From the NCBI GenBank assembly GCA_903906305.1, contig CAIVJR010000005.1, forward strand, positions 6,485 through 70,484: 64,000 bases of DNA, given 5' to 3'. Every line of letters starts with the position of its first letter. Positions within the stretch are counted from its first letter, which is position 1. The notes beneath the pieces are model-generated. The model did no database searches and was not told the DNA's origin. It worked only from the letters and a program-made list of their open reading frames with translations. A program made the position numbers and the translations under genes. This document shows, in pieces, positions 28,844-38,190 of the stretch. This DNA is from an uncultured bacterium. GTDB taxonomy: Bacteria > Patescibacteriota > Dojkabacteria > SC72.

Positions 28844-30715
28844 ATGAAAAAACTGTTCATATATATATTCAGTATTCTCTCCTTCTTCCTACTCTTCTCA
28901 ACCAAAGTATTAGCTAAATCCTCAGACTTTGTCATAGACTCAAACACAGATATCACATATACCACAGGAGAGACATTTGTATCAGTAATAACCAAATACA
29001 CAAGAACAGTAGCTAACAATGATTATTTCTACCCTGCTACTGGAGAAAAGGTTTTCAATATCCCTGACCTACCAAGTAGTACAGAAGAAGAAATAACTGC
29101 AGAAAGAAAATACAAACTAGATTCATTAAAGGTAACAAATTCCTTAGGAGGAACAGTAAAATATACCACTGAAGAACAAGCACAAGGCTCAGGAATATAT
29201 ATTAAAGTTCCTAATTACAAACAAACCACATCCAGTTCACCATATTCAATACAGATCGCTTACAATACTCATGACTTTGTTACTAAAGTAGCAAATTACA
29301 TAACACTTCAAGCCCCAGCATTACCTAAGGATGTCATATTTGAACAAACAGATACTACTACAAATACACAAACTACCTTTAACTATGGATTAAATATACT
29401 TGTAGATGACAAGATAGCTCCACTTGCAAAGGTATATCCTTCTCAATTCACTCAAGCTACAAAAAATGGTAAAACAACATACTCATTTGCTCAAGAAAAT
29501 CGAATTGGAAATTCACCATACATGGAGTTTGGAACATCCGTAACCTACAAATTTGCACTAACATATACCACACCAAAAACAGATACGTTAGTACCTGAGA
29601 GTTTAACTAATGTATTTAAATCTCTCTCCACAAATATATTTGAGATCTCCTTACCAAGAGAATTTGATGAAACAGATCAAAAGGTATATTTCACTAATGT
29701 ATCTCCTACTCCATCCAATATATATAAAGATGATGAAGGAAATATCATTGCATCATTTGAGGTACCAGCAAATACCATAGGGACCATAACCCTAGAAGGA
29801 TATATTGTCACAAATCAAGATGCATACAATACTACTCCAATCAATGTAAATATCGATTGGTCTAAATACAAAGAAACCATATCCAAAGCATCATATTTAA
29901 AGAACTATCTAAGTGCTACAAAGTATTGGCAGAGTAATGATGCAAATATTAAAGGAGAAGCTGAGAAGTTGATGGCCGACAAGGCGACGGTATTGGATAT
30001 CATAAAAGCAGACTATGCATATATTGGTGAGAAACTTACATACGATGACAACAAGGCAAATTCTGAAAACGAAAGAATCGGAGCAAAAGCAGCACTCGAG
30101 GGTGGTGCTTCTGTATGTATGGAATATGCAGATTTAATGATTGCTCTACTTAGAGCTCAGGGTATTCCTGCTAGAGCAGCTTTAGGATATGCAAATATTA
30201 CTGAAACTCAGGAAGCTCAAGTAAGACATCAATGGGTACAGGTTTGGATTCCAGATTACGGTTGGTATTCTGTAGATCCTACTCTAGAGAGTAACAATAT
30301 GAGGTTGGGACAGAGTATTGATCGTGTGCTTTGGGAGGTTTTTAATGGTGATACACTTTCAAATATTAAGGTGTTTTCTGCAGACAATATTGATGTGTTA
30401 ACTACAGATGGGTATAACCTAAATATATATGGCGTTAGTGATACGGATATTGATTTTACCAAGTTACAGACATATACCGATTTAGTACCAGAGAAAGGAT
30501 ATGAATCTACAGAGGATATTCCCTCTTCTAGTAAGTATGGGTTTGGTCAATGGTTAAATACATTCCTTAAGACTACTACAATTGGTAAGGCAGTTATAAT
30601 CACGGGTCCTGTTATTATCCTTGTATTGGTAGTTTCAGTTATTGTAGCTGTTACTAAGAATACGGTTAGAAGAATGAAGAGGAAGAAATTGAATAGTACA
30701 ACTATTCAAGGGTAA
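28844..30715 (+). CDS. Secreted transglutaminase-like cysteine protease-fold protein with a C-terminal TM anchor
   Basis: A signal peptide precedes a transglutaminase-core block (GGASVCMEYADLMIALLRAQGIPARAALGY...HQWVQVWIPDYGWYSVDPT, the Cys-His-Asp arrangement). A C-terminal hydrophobic helix is followed by a basic tail. Confidence 0.7.
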   Translation: MKKLFIYIFSILSFFLLFSTKVLAKSSDFVIDSNTDITYTTGETFVSVITKYTRTVANNDYFYPATGEKVFNIPDLPSSTEEEITAERKYKLDSLKVTNSLGGTVKYTTEEQAQGSGIYIKVPNYKQTTSSSPYSIQIAYNTHDFVTKVANYITLQAPALPKDVIFEQTDTTTNTQTTFNYGLNILVDDKIAPLAKVYPSQFTQATKNGKTTYSFAQENRIGNSPYMEFGTSVTYKFALTYTTPKTDTLVPESLTNVFKSLSTNIFEISLPREFDETDQKVYFTNVSPTPSNIYKDDEGNIIASFEVPANTIGTITLEGYIVTNQDAYNTTPINVNIDWSKYKETISKASYLKNYLSATKYWQSNDANIKGEAEKLMADKATVLDIIKADYAYIGEKLTYDDNKANSENERIGAKAALEGGASVCMEYADLMIALLRAQGIPARAALGYANITETQEAQVRHQWVQVWIPDYGWYSVDPTLESNNMRLGQSIDRVLWEVFNGDTLSNIKVFSADNIDVLTTDGYNLNIYGVSDTDIDFTKLQTYTDLVPEKGYESTEDIPSSSKYGFGQWLNTFLKTTTIGKAVIITGPVIILVLVVSVIVAVTKNTVRRMKRKKLNSTTIQG

Positions 30716-30805
30716 ATATATCATTTTACAAACATAAGAAGATAACCAGGGGTGTTCTATATAAATACAAAACACCCCAATGGTGAAGTTTTTGGTTATC
30801 TTCAA

Positions 30806-31087
30806 CTAAAATACTAGCTGCAGAAGTGGGACTCCCAGAATAATCCAAGGAATCATCACAAGAATAGCTACAATTTGTCCTAACATTGCTAATATTGTAG
30901 AAATTCCGGCTTTCTCTTTATGGACAAAGATAATTAGTAACGATGCACAAATTATAATCGTAGTACCAATGATTACACGGCAAAATAATGATTGTGCAAT
31001 CTGTGGCATAGAAAAAGCAGCCAAAGCAAAAACTAATTCTACAAAAGCTGGTATTGATTGAAGTGCATATTTCAAATTCTTTTTCAT
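30806..31087 (-). CDS. Small membrane protein
   Basis: 93 aa with three hydrophobic helices. Confidence 0.35.
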   Translation of the reverse strand: MKKNLKYALQSIPAFVELVFALAAFSMPQIAQSLFCRVIIGTTIIICASLLIIFVHKEKAGISTILAMLGQIVAILVMIPWIILGVPLLQLVF

Positions 31088-31303
31088 GTCTCCTCCTGAG
31101 AAAACATCCTAAATTTCCCCACACACGCGTGTGAAGTTTTATTGGATAACCAAAACAAAGAGATAAATACATCTTTAAATGAACAAAGTCATAAAGAAAA
31201 TCTCCTTGTGTTTGAAAATGATATTTTTAAAGAGCAGTTATTCTTTAACTACTCTATTATACCTTTTTTAAAGGGAAACCTCAACGCTATGGGCCCTGTC
31301 CGT

Positions 31304-32815
31304 CTAAGTTATCTCATACATCTTTTCAAGATCTACCGCGCTTTTACCATTCTCTAGCCTATCATCCGCAGTAGCATACATAGTAAACAAAACATCCCCC
31401 TTAGACACAGCCTCACCCGGCATTTTGTGAATATATAGTCCAGCCTCCTTAATACGAGGACAACCCAAAGCCCTAGCAATATTAACAATCTCAACACTAC
31501 TAATCATCTTAACAGTACCATCCTTAGTAGACACAACCTCAGCGCTAAGATTCCCTGCCTTAATCTCACTAGACTTAGTTATCTTCTTTGCACCCTGTGC
31601 AAAACCAATCTCCCAGAACTTCTCATATGCTTTCTTCGAATCCAAAAGTGTTTGAGCAAGTACTTTACCCTCCCCCTCAGTGGAGATACCCGTAGCTTCA
31701 AACAATATACCCGCCATATCTATGACTACTCTTTCCATTTCCAATGATGCACTGCTGTCTCTTTCAAGTATCTTCAAAGCTTCAATGATCTCAAGGTTAG
31801 GACCAATACCCCTACCATCAGGGCCATTAACCTTACGAGTAGTCGTTTCACACTCAATACCAAATTTCTTAAACAGTTTCTTAAATTCCTTAGCCAATTT
31901 GAATACATCCTCAGTAACCTCAACCTTACTACCCTTACCATATGGAAGATCGATTAAAATATTCTCAATACCCAATGCAACCTTCTTAGCTACAATACTC
32001 ACAAGTACCTTTTGATATTCTTGGATACGAAGAGATCTTTCAACATTAATAATTACATCATCTGCAGGAGATATACTCAAAGAACCACCCCAGAACAAAC
32101 AACCACCCGTCTTCTCTACAACCTTCATTATTTCCTCCTCAGTGAGCGATACAGGCATAATAACCTCTAAGATGTCTGATGTGCCAGAGGGAGATGTAAT
32201 TGCTCTAGAAGAGGTATTAGGGACGATCAAACCACCAGCTACAAGTATGGGTACTAATACAGGAGTAACACCCTTTCCCGCAACACCACCAATCGAGTGT
32301 TTGTCTGCAATGACACTACCCTTACCTTTAAATTTTTTAAATGACAATGAATCCCCAGACTGTGCCATACCCTGTGTCATCCAATATATCTCCTCATCAT
32401 TGAAACCTGGATTAAAGAATGTAGAAATGAAGAAAGCGATTTCTGTTTCTCTCAATCTACGAGATGCAATCTCTTTCATAATGAGTTCTAAATCTTCCTT
32501 TGTCAGGTCATGCCCTAAGAGTTTTCTACTTATGGCCTCGAGTGCTTTACTTCGTTCAGGAATATCCACAAATACAGTACTACCTTCCACAATCAGATAC
32601 TCCTTCCAAATCTCTTCAAACAATCCAATTTCACCCTGATGTACTCTCTCCTCTGTTTCTAAAACATTGGCATACAGATCAGCATCCCCTATTCCAAGGT
32701 ATACCAATTCCCCTTCTTTTACTCCAATTTTTTCAGCATCTTTCCTATGTAAAACAACATTAAAGCTATTATCCTCGCCCAAATCCAATATTTTGCTTCT
32801 TAAGTAGAAAGACAT
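31304..32815 (-). CDS. AMP phosphorylase (archaeal-type DeoA-family nucleoside phosphorylase with an N-terminal extension)
   Basis: Thymidine-phosphorylase-family blocks (DKHSIGGVAGKGVTPVLVPILVAGG, SSRAITSPSGTSD) plus an approximately 80-aa N-terminal domain typical of about 500-aa AMP phosphorylases. The gene is adjacent to an e2b2-family isomerase. Confidence 0.75.
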   Translation of the reverse strand: MSFYLRSKILDLGEDNSFNVVLHRKDAEKIGVKEGELVYLGIGDADLYANVLETEERVHQGEIGLFEEIWKEYLIVEGSTVFVDIPERSKALEAISRKLLGHDLTKEDLELIMKEIASRRLRETEIAFFISTFFNPGFNDEEIYWMTQGMAQSGDSLSFKKFKGKGSVIADKHSIGGVAGKGVTPVLVPILVAGGLIVPNTSSRAITSPSGTSDILEVIMPVSLTEEEIMKVVEKTGGCLFWGGSLSISPADDVIINVERSLRIQEYQKVLVSIVAKKVALGIENILIDLPYGKGSKVEVTEDVFKLAKEFKKLFKKFGIECETTTRKVNGPDGRGIGPNLEIIEALKILERDSSASLEMERVVIDMAGILFEATGISTEGEGKVLAQTLLDSKKAYEKFWEIGFAQGAKKITKSSEIKAGNLSAEVVSTKDGTVKMISSVEIVNIARALGCPRIKEAGLYIHKMPGEAVSKGDVLFTMYATADDRLENGKSAVDLEKMYEIT

Positions 32816-32832
32816 AACTAGTTAGTAAAAAA

Positions 32833-33780
32833 TTATCTATCAAATATCCAAGGATATTTCTCCTTGACTACTGCGTCCACTTCAGACGGTTTAACTATAC
32901 CAAATTCTGTCACAAAACCAGTAATTAGGACATTATCCACAATCTCAAATGCCGGATTATATATCTCCAAACCCTTAGGAGCATCTGGCCATATCTCTGA
33001 GTCTTCTCTTACTTCAATTTCAATATTTCCGATGTATGAGCTTTCATCAATTTTAAGCAAAGGCGTAATTATATATACCGGTTTATCTGCATAGTGAGCA
33101 CTCATGGCTATACTCCAGCTTCCTATCTTGTTTATGACATGGCCACCTTTGACGATCTGATCACACCCTATGAATACTGTGTCTACAAGGACATTTCCAC
33201 GACCAATTATGAATGAGTCCGCAGCACTATCTGTAATCATCGTTGTTTTAATTCCTGCATTCACTAAATTCTTTGCAGTAATCCTGCCCTGCATTCTTGG
33301 TCTAGTTTCTGTGCACACTACCTCAAACTCCTTATCCTTATGTGACAATTCTTTGATCAATGTTTCTACCGTTGAAGAGTGACAATGTGTAAAAATATTG
33401 TCGTAGTTTTTGAGGTAATCCTTTGACTTATCCACAATACTCTTCTTAGTTTCGGAAATCATATCAAGGTACTGAGCGCATAGCTCATCAAGCCTTGGTT
33501 TCATAGTGGACACCTCTGGTAAAACAGGGAACTCTTTGTCAAAGAAGTACTTTATGAACCTTACCCCATTTTTAGCTAATGGTTCATTAGGTCTAGCTTT
33601 TGAAAGCTTGTCCCCTACCTGAAAGAATTCATCATGTATCTTTTGTTTGTCTGTTTCTTTGGTTAAGGAGAGATACAATTTCATTCCTTCGAACACTGCA
33701 ATGGCAACATTGGTTGCCCCTTGGATGTTCAACTTTTGTATATCCTCATATATTTTGTCTATCTGTGTGTATACTTCCAT
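32833..33780 (-). CDS. Ribose-1,5-bisphosphate isomerase (eIF-2B alpha/beta/delta-like, e2b2 family)
   Basis: The eIF2B-like fold blocks GATNVAIAVFEG, CHSSTVETLI and TDSAADSFI are present. The gene directly follows the AMP phosphorylase, as in the AMP salvage pathway. Confidence 0.7.
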   Translation of the reverse strand: MEVYTQIDKIYEDIQKLNIQGATNVAIAVFEGMKLYLSLTKETDKQKIHDEFFQVGDKLSKARPNEPLAKNGVRFIKYFFDKEFPVLPEVSTMKPRLDELCAQYLDMISETKKSIVDKSKDYLKNYDNIFTHCHSSTVETLIKELSHKDKEFEVVCTETRPRMQGRITAKNLVNAGIKTTMITDSAADSFIIGRGNVLVDTVFIGCDQIVKGGHVINKIGSWSIAMSAHYADKPVYIITPLLKIDESSYIGNIEIEVREDSEIWPDAPKGLEIYNPAFEIVDNVLITGFVTEFGIVKPSEVDAVVKEKYPWIFDR

Positions 33781-33781
33781 A

Positions 33782-35209
33782 CTACTTTAATTCAAATTCT
33801 TCATTAACATTAGGTACTATCGTTTCGATCTGTGTATCTTTGTAAATTTTGTCTGCAAATTCTTCTGCTACCTGTTCATCACCATGAGTTATGAATATTT
33901 GCTTTGGAGTATGTCCAAAACTTCCTAACCAGTATGACAAATCTCGTTCATCACCATGGGCAGAGAATCCTCCCAGAGTATGTACTTGTGCATTGTTTTC
34001 ATATTCTCTTCCGAATATTCTTACAACTCTCTCACCATCCATAATCTTTCTCCCCAATGTCCCTTGTACCTGATATCCAACAAAGACTACATGGGTTTTA
34101 CTGTTTTCAATATTGTTCTTAAGATGATGCATAATTCTTCCACCTGTACACATTCCACTTCCTGCCATAATGACTATTCCTCGCTTGGATATTAATCGTT
34201 TTGATTCTTCAGCATCCTCAACTATATGCAATCCTGGGAAATCAAATGGATCGTCTCCTTTGTTTAGTAATCGTTTAGCATCCTCATCGTAAAAATCTGG
34301 ATATTGTTTGAATATGGCAGTAGCTTTTGAAGCCATTGGACTGTCTAGATATATTGGCAAACCCGAGAGTAAGCGTTGTTCTACAAAGAGATTAATTTCA
34401 TACAATATCTCCTGAGCTCGTTCAATTGCAAAGGTTGGAATGAGTACAACACCTTCACTCTTTTGTGCTTGTTGTAATATGGCAAGTAATTCTAAAAGTG
34501 TTTCATTTCTGTCTCTGTGTAACCTATTCCCATATGTGGATTCACAAATGACATAGTCTGCTTCGCGGATTAGGTCTGGATCTTTTACAATACGTGCACC
34601 TGGTTGACCTAGGTCTCCAGAGAATACAATTTTTCTAGTTCTCTCTGCCTCATTTTTTACCCAAAACTCTATGCTTGCAGAACCAATGATATGTCCAGCA
34701 TCTCTGAGTCTGAATTCAAAATGATTGTTAATATTTACTGATGTGCTGTATGGATATACCTCAAAGAGTTGAGCCATTGCTTCGACGTCTTCGGTAGTGA
34801 ATAGTGGTTTTCGATTTGTATAGAAGGATTCTTCTTCTACCTCTGCTTCGGTCATTCCTCCTTCTTTTGCCCTTGAGGTCCATCTTTCATAGTCTTCTGC
34901 CTGAATATGTGCAGCATCTAGGAGTACTACCTTAGCTAGATCTCTAGTTGGTTGAGTACATACTATTCTTCCATGGAATCCTTGTTTTACAAGAACTGGT
35001 AATCTTCCACAGTGATCAAAGTGTGCATGGGTTAGGAATACAAAATCTAATGTAGCAGGATCAAAAGGAAAGGCTTCATAGTTCATTGCTTCATTCTCAT
35101 GGGAGCCTTGATATGCTCCACAGTCTACGATGAATTTTAGTTCTCCAGTATCTACGTAATAGCAGGATCCAGTAACGTTTTTAGCAGCTCCACAGAATTT
35201 TAACTTCAT
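33782..35209 (-). CDS. MBL-fold beta-CASP family ribonuclease (RNase J / CPSF-like)
   Basis: HAHFDHCGRLP (HxHxDH) near the N-terminus, downstream beta-CASP-like blocks, and a 475-aa length. Confidence 0.75.
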   Translation of the reverse strand: MKLKFCGAAKNVTGSCYYVDTGELKFIVDCGAYQGSHENEAMNYEAFPFDPATLDFVFLTHAHFDHCGRLPVLVKQGFHGRIVCTQPTRDLAKVVLLDAAHIQAEDYERWTSRAKEGGMTEAEVEEESFYTNRKPLFTTEDVEAMAQLFEVYPYSTSVNINNHFEFRLRDAGHIIGSASIEFWVKNEAERTRKIVFSGDLGQPGARIVKDPDLIREADYVICESTYGNRLHRDRNETLLELLAILQQAQKSEGVVLIPTFAIERAQEILYEINLFVEQRLLSGLPIYLDSPMASKATAIFKQYPDFYDEDAKRLLNKGDDPFDFPGLHIVEDAEESKRLISKRGIVIMAGSGMCTGGRIMHHLKNNIENSKTHVVFVGYQVQGTLGRKIMDGERVVRIFGREYENNAQVHTLGGFSAHGDERDLSYWLGSFGHTPKQIFITHGDEQVAEEFADKIYKDTQIETIVPNVNEEFELK

Positions 35210-35271
35210 TTAGGCAGGTTTAGTTAATTAAGCTATGTATATGATAGAGGAAAAAGGAGTTAATTCCAACC

Positions 35272-35535
35272 CTACTTGAATGACATTACCACAAATCCTA
35301 ATTCATCAATATCTTCCTGACTCCAGAATCTTAAATCCTTAGTTTTCATTACAAAGGTAACTGTTTTTTCCATCTGTCTCCCGGTATATTCCTTGATTTC
35401 AGAATCCCATTCCCTCAATACTAATACATCCCCTACTTCACATTCAAATTCAGCTATTCTTAAATCAAAATTCTTTTCTCCATTGAGTACTTTTTCAAAA
35501 AGATCTGGTACTGTCTTTTTCTCAATCCTTCTCAT
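35272..35535 (-). CDS. Small ASCH/DUF3850-like (PUA-fold) protein
   Basis: 87 aa. The block KNFDLRIAEFECEVGDVLVLREW resembles the ASCH/DUF3850 beta-barrel. Confidence 0.4.
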   Translation of the reverse strand: MRRIEKKTVPDLFEKVLNGEKNFDLRIAEFECEVGDVLVLREWDSEIKEYTGRQMEKTVTFVMKTKDLRFWSQEDIDELGFVVMSFK

Positions 35536-35557
35536 ATATATATTTAGAAAAATTAAT

Positions 35558-36982
35558 TTAAATATTTGCTAATTTCTTAGCATTTTCAATCAATTTCTCC
35601 TTGGTATTGAGCATTGGGTCTTCTAGTACCATGTCTAGTAATTCTTTCAATATTTTTCCTAATTCAGGACCTCTTTCAATACCAATACTTACTAAATCTT
35701 CTCCTGTAATCTTTAAATCTGCCACCTTGAATGCCATATCTTGTTGCAACACGGTAGATATTCTTTGTTGAAGCAATGTAATTTCTTCTGGTTTAAAAGC
35801 AGTCATTGGATTGGATTGAGCATCGGCCAAACGTAGCTTAAACAGGTCATCAATGTTGTCGATTCCTACTCTTTGTATGAATCTTCTAACAGCAGAATCG
35901 GACCATTGGTGTAATTCAATATTGTTCTTCTCCTCTTCAGTCATATCATCTTGCATGTGTGGGTAGTAGAACATATGGTTCTTGATTAACAATATCACTC
36001 GCTTTACTTCTGCTTGTGGGAATTTCATTCTTCTTAATATCTCTTCTACCATCTGTGCACCCATTGCATCATGACCATAGAAATGGCCATTCCCCATATC
36101 TGTCCTTGGTTTTGCGATATCATGTAGCAAGGCTGCGAGTTTTACACTGTCATGTGCAGAGTCGCATGTTCTAAGGCTATGCCAATATACATCATCGCTA
36201 TGGAACATTTTTTGTTCTACACCTAAACCTTCTAGAAGTTCTGGCATGAACAATCGGAGTAATCCGGCCTGTCGCATTAAATCTATGCCTACAGATGGCT
36301 TAGAAGACTTTAAAAGGGTCTTCATGAATTCATCTCGGATACGTTCCATGGATACTTGAGCTGCCACTGGCACGCACTCAACTATGGCTTTGAATGTTTC
36401 TTCGTCAATCTCAAAACCAATCTGGGAAGCTAGTCTGCATGCTTTAAAAGCACGAAGTCCATCTTCTTTAAATCTTTCTAATGGTGTGCCAACTGCACGT
36501 ATTTTCTTCAATTCGATATCCTTAATACCATCATATGGATCGTATACCTCCACCTCTATCTCTTCTTTACTTCCTTCTAGATCAAGACTTCCTAGGTCTA
36601 TTGCCATTGCATTAATGGTGAAATCTCTCCTACCCAAATCCTTATCTATCTCCTTTACAAATTCAATATTTGTAGGCCATCGTCCATCAATGTAGTCGGA
36701 TTCACTTCTAAATGTTGTAACTTCTACTTCCATTGTTTCTCCATGACTGTCTTGGACCAATGCCATAACGGTACCGAATTTAGCACCAACAGATACTGAT
36801 TTAGGAAATATATTTAGCATTTCATCAGGTAATGCATCTGTAGCAAGATCGTAATCATGAGGGTCTAATCCCATGACAACATCTCGTACAGCACCTCCAA
36901 CAAGGTAGCATTCAAAGCCCTCTTTACTGAGCATTCTACTTACTTTTTGTACATATTCTGGAATTTGTATTCTTACTTTCAT
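35558..36982 (-). CDS. cca: CCA-adding tRNA nucleotidyltransferase with an HD domain
   Basis: Pol-beta-type head YLVGGAVRDVVMG...DYDLAT and an HD phosphohydrolase block (HSLRTCDSAHD...LAALLHDIAKP). Confidence 0.85.
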   Translation of the reverse strand: MKVRIQIPEYVQKVSRMLSKEGFECYLVGGAVRDVVMGLDPHDYDLATDALPDEMLNIFPKSVSVGAKFGTVMALVQDSHGETMEVEVTTFRSESDYIDGRWPTNIEFVKEIDKDLGRRDFTINAMAIDLGSLDLEGSKEEIEVEVYDPYDGIKDIELKKIRAVGTPLERFKEDGLRAFKACRLASQIGFEIDEETFKAIVECVPVAAQVSMERIRDEFMKTLLKSSKPSVGIDLMRQAGLLRLFMPELLEGLGVEQKMFHSDDVYWHSLRTCDSAHDSVKLAALLHDIAKPRTDMGNGHFYGHDAMGAQMVEEILRRMKFPQAEVKRVILLIKNHMFYYPHMQDDMTEEEKNNIELHQWSDSAVRRFIQRVGIDNIDDLFKLRLADAQSNPMTAFKPEEITLLQQRISTVLQQDMAFKVADLKITGEDLVSIGIERGPELGKILKELLDMVLEDPMLNTKEKLIENAKKLANI

Positions 36983-38132
36983 AGTTCCTCCTTAATATAT
37001 ACCAAGAATACCAAAGAAGCACATCTACAACAAGTAAGCCTAGTAAAGGCCATACTCCCCTACCTGTTTTGGGTAAAACAATATCAGAAGTTCCTAATAC
37101 ATCTCCTGTTTCCTCTTCTTCTACGACACTCGCCTCAATATTTTCAATATGTTTTGTTTCTGATAAGACCATTGGTTGCGAAATCATGGTATATGGTATT
37201 CGTTTAATGCAAAAACTCTCTCTTTCTGGTTGTACAGAAGCCCCAGGTATAATTCCACCATCCCTATATGCATATACCGGTATCGCATCGGTTTGAGTAT
37301 ATGTATAATAAGGAGAACCATATATTGCGCATACTTGCTTAACATTTGGATTGTATATCTCAAAACTTCCTAATTTCTCAGATATTTCTGGTATTGAGAA
37401 TTCTACTATGTGCTCTTGGTTTGCTGCCAAATTGAAAGTCTTTTCAAATGATCCATATGTAAACTTCAAATTGTTTAAATATTCATTGCTTGTATTTTGG
37501 ATATATATTTTAAAATCCACACCCCCACTTCCATTGGCAGTAGCTTGTATATCATCAATACTCAAAGGATTTTTAATACTTACGCTATCCAGTGAATATG
37601 CTCCGCTTCCTCCATTTGAGATATTCCCTAATCCTGCATATTCCCGGTATATTCCCGATTTAATTAGGTTCTGAGCAGAATATTTAAATCCAAGATTACC
37701 ATCTACAAATTCTGGTATATCCAAAATTTGAGTTAGGTCTCCATTTTCTTTAATATTTCTACTCAAAACCCAATCTATTTCTGAGATATCTACACTATGC
37801 CCTGTACTATTCCTGTACAGGTAGACTATGTCTACCTGTGTGCCTGGAGGCGCATCGATATGGTCAGCTACCATTGGAATGCGTCTTGTGTTGTCAAAAT
37901 CTGTGAAAGATTCTAAATTGGAATTGAGTATGGATTCAGTATTTTCTGCTAGAAAATCCCCTTTGTTGTAGCGGATATTCTCTATTTCTGGATATCCATT
38001 TACCCCAAACGCTATGGTCTGAGAATATTGATTACTGGAGGTATCTCCATTTCCATCAAAGTTATCCGCGTATACTGGGGTAGCGAATATGATGAAGAAG
38101 TAGAGAATCATTTTAAGTATTTTTCGAAACAT
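36936..38132 (-). CDS. LPxTG-anchored cell-surface protein (sortase substrate)
   Basis: N-terminal signal peptide. The C-terminus carries LPKTG followed by a hydrophobic helix and a basic tail (RRNYESK...). Confidence 0.75.
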   Translation of the reverse strand: MFRKILKMILYFFIIFATPVYADNFDGNGDTSSNQYSQTIAFGVNGYPEIENIRYNKGDFLAENTESILNSNLESFTDFDNTRRIPMVADHIDAPPGTQVDIVYLYRNSTGHSVDISEIDWVLSRNIKENGDLTQILDIPEFVDGNLGFKYSAQNLIKSGIYREYAGLGNISNGGSGAYSLDSVSIKNPLSIDDIQATANGSGGVDFKIYIQNTSNEYLNNLKFTYGSFEKTFNLAANQEHIVEFSIPEISEKLGSFEIYNPNVKQVCAIYGSPYYTYTQTDAIPVYAYRDGGIIPGASVQPERESFCIKRIPYTMISQPMVLSETKHIENIEASVVEEEETGDVLGTSDIVLPKTGRGVWPLLGLLVVDVLLWYSWYILRRNYESKNTNSRICTKSK

Positions 38133-38190
38133 AATGTTTAAAACTAATAATTTAGTATTTAAACATTACAGTACAAAAATGAAATTTCCC

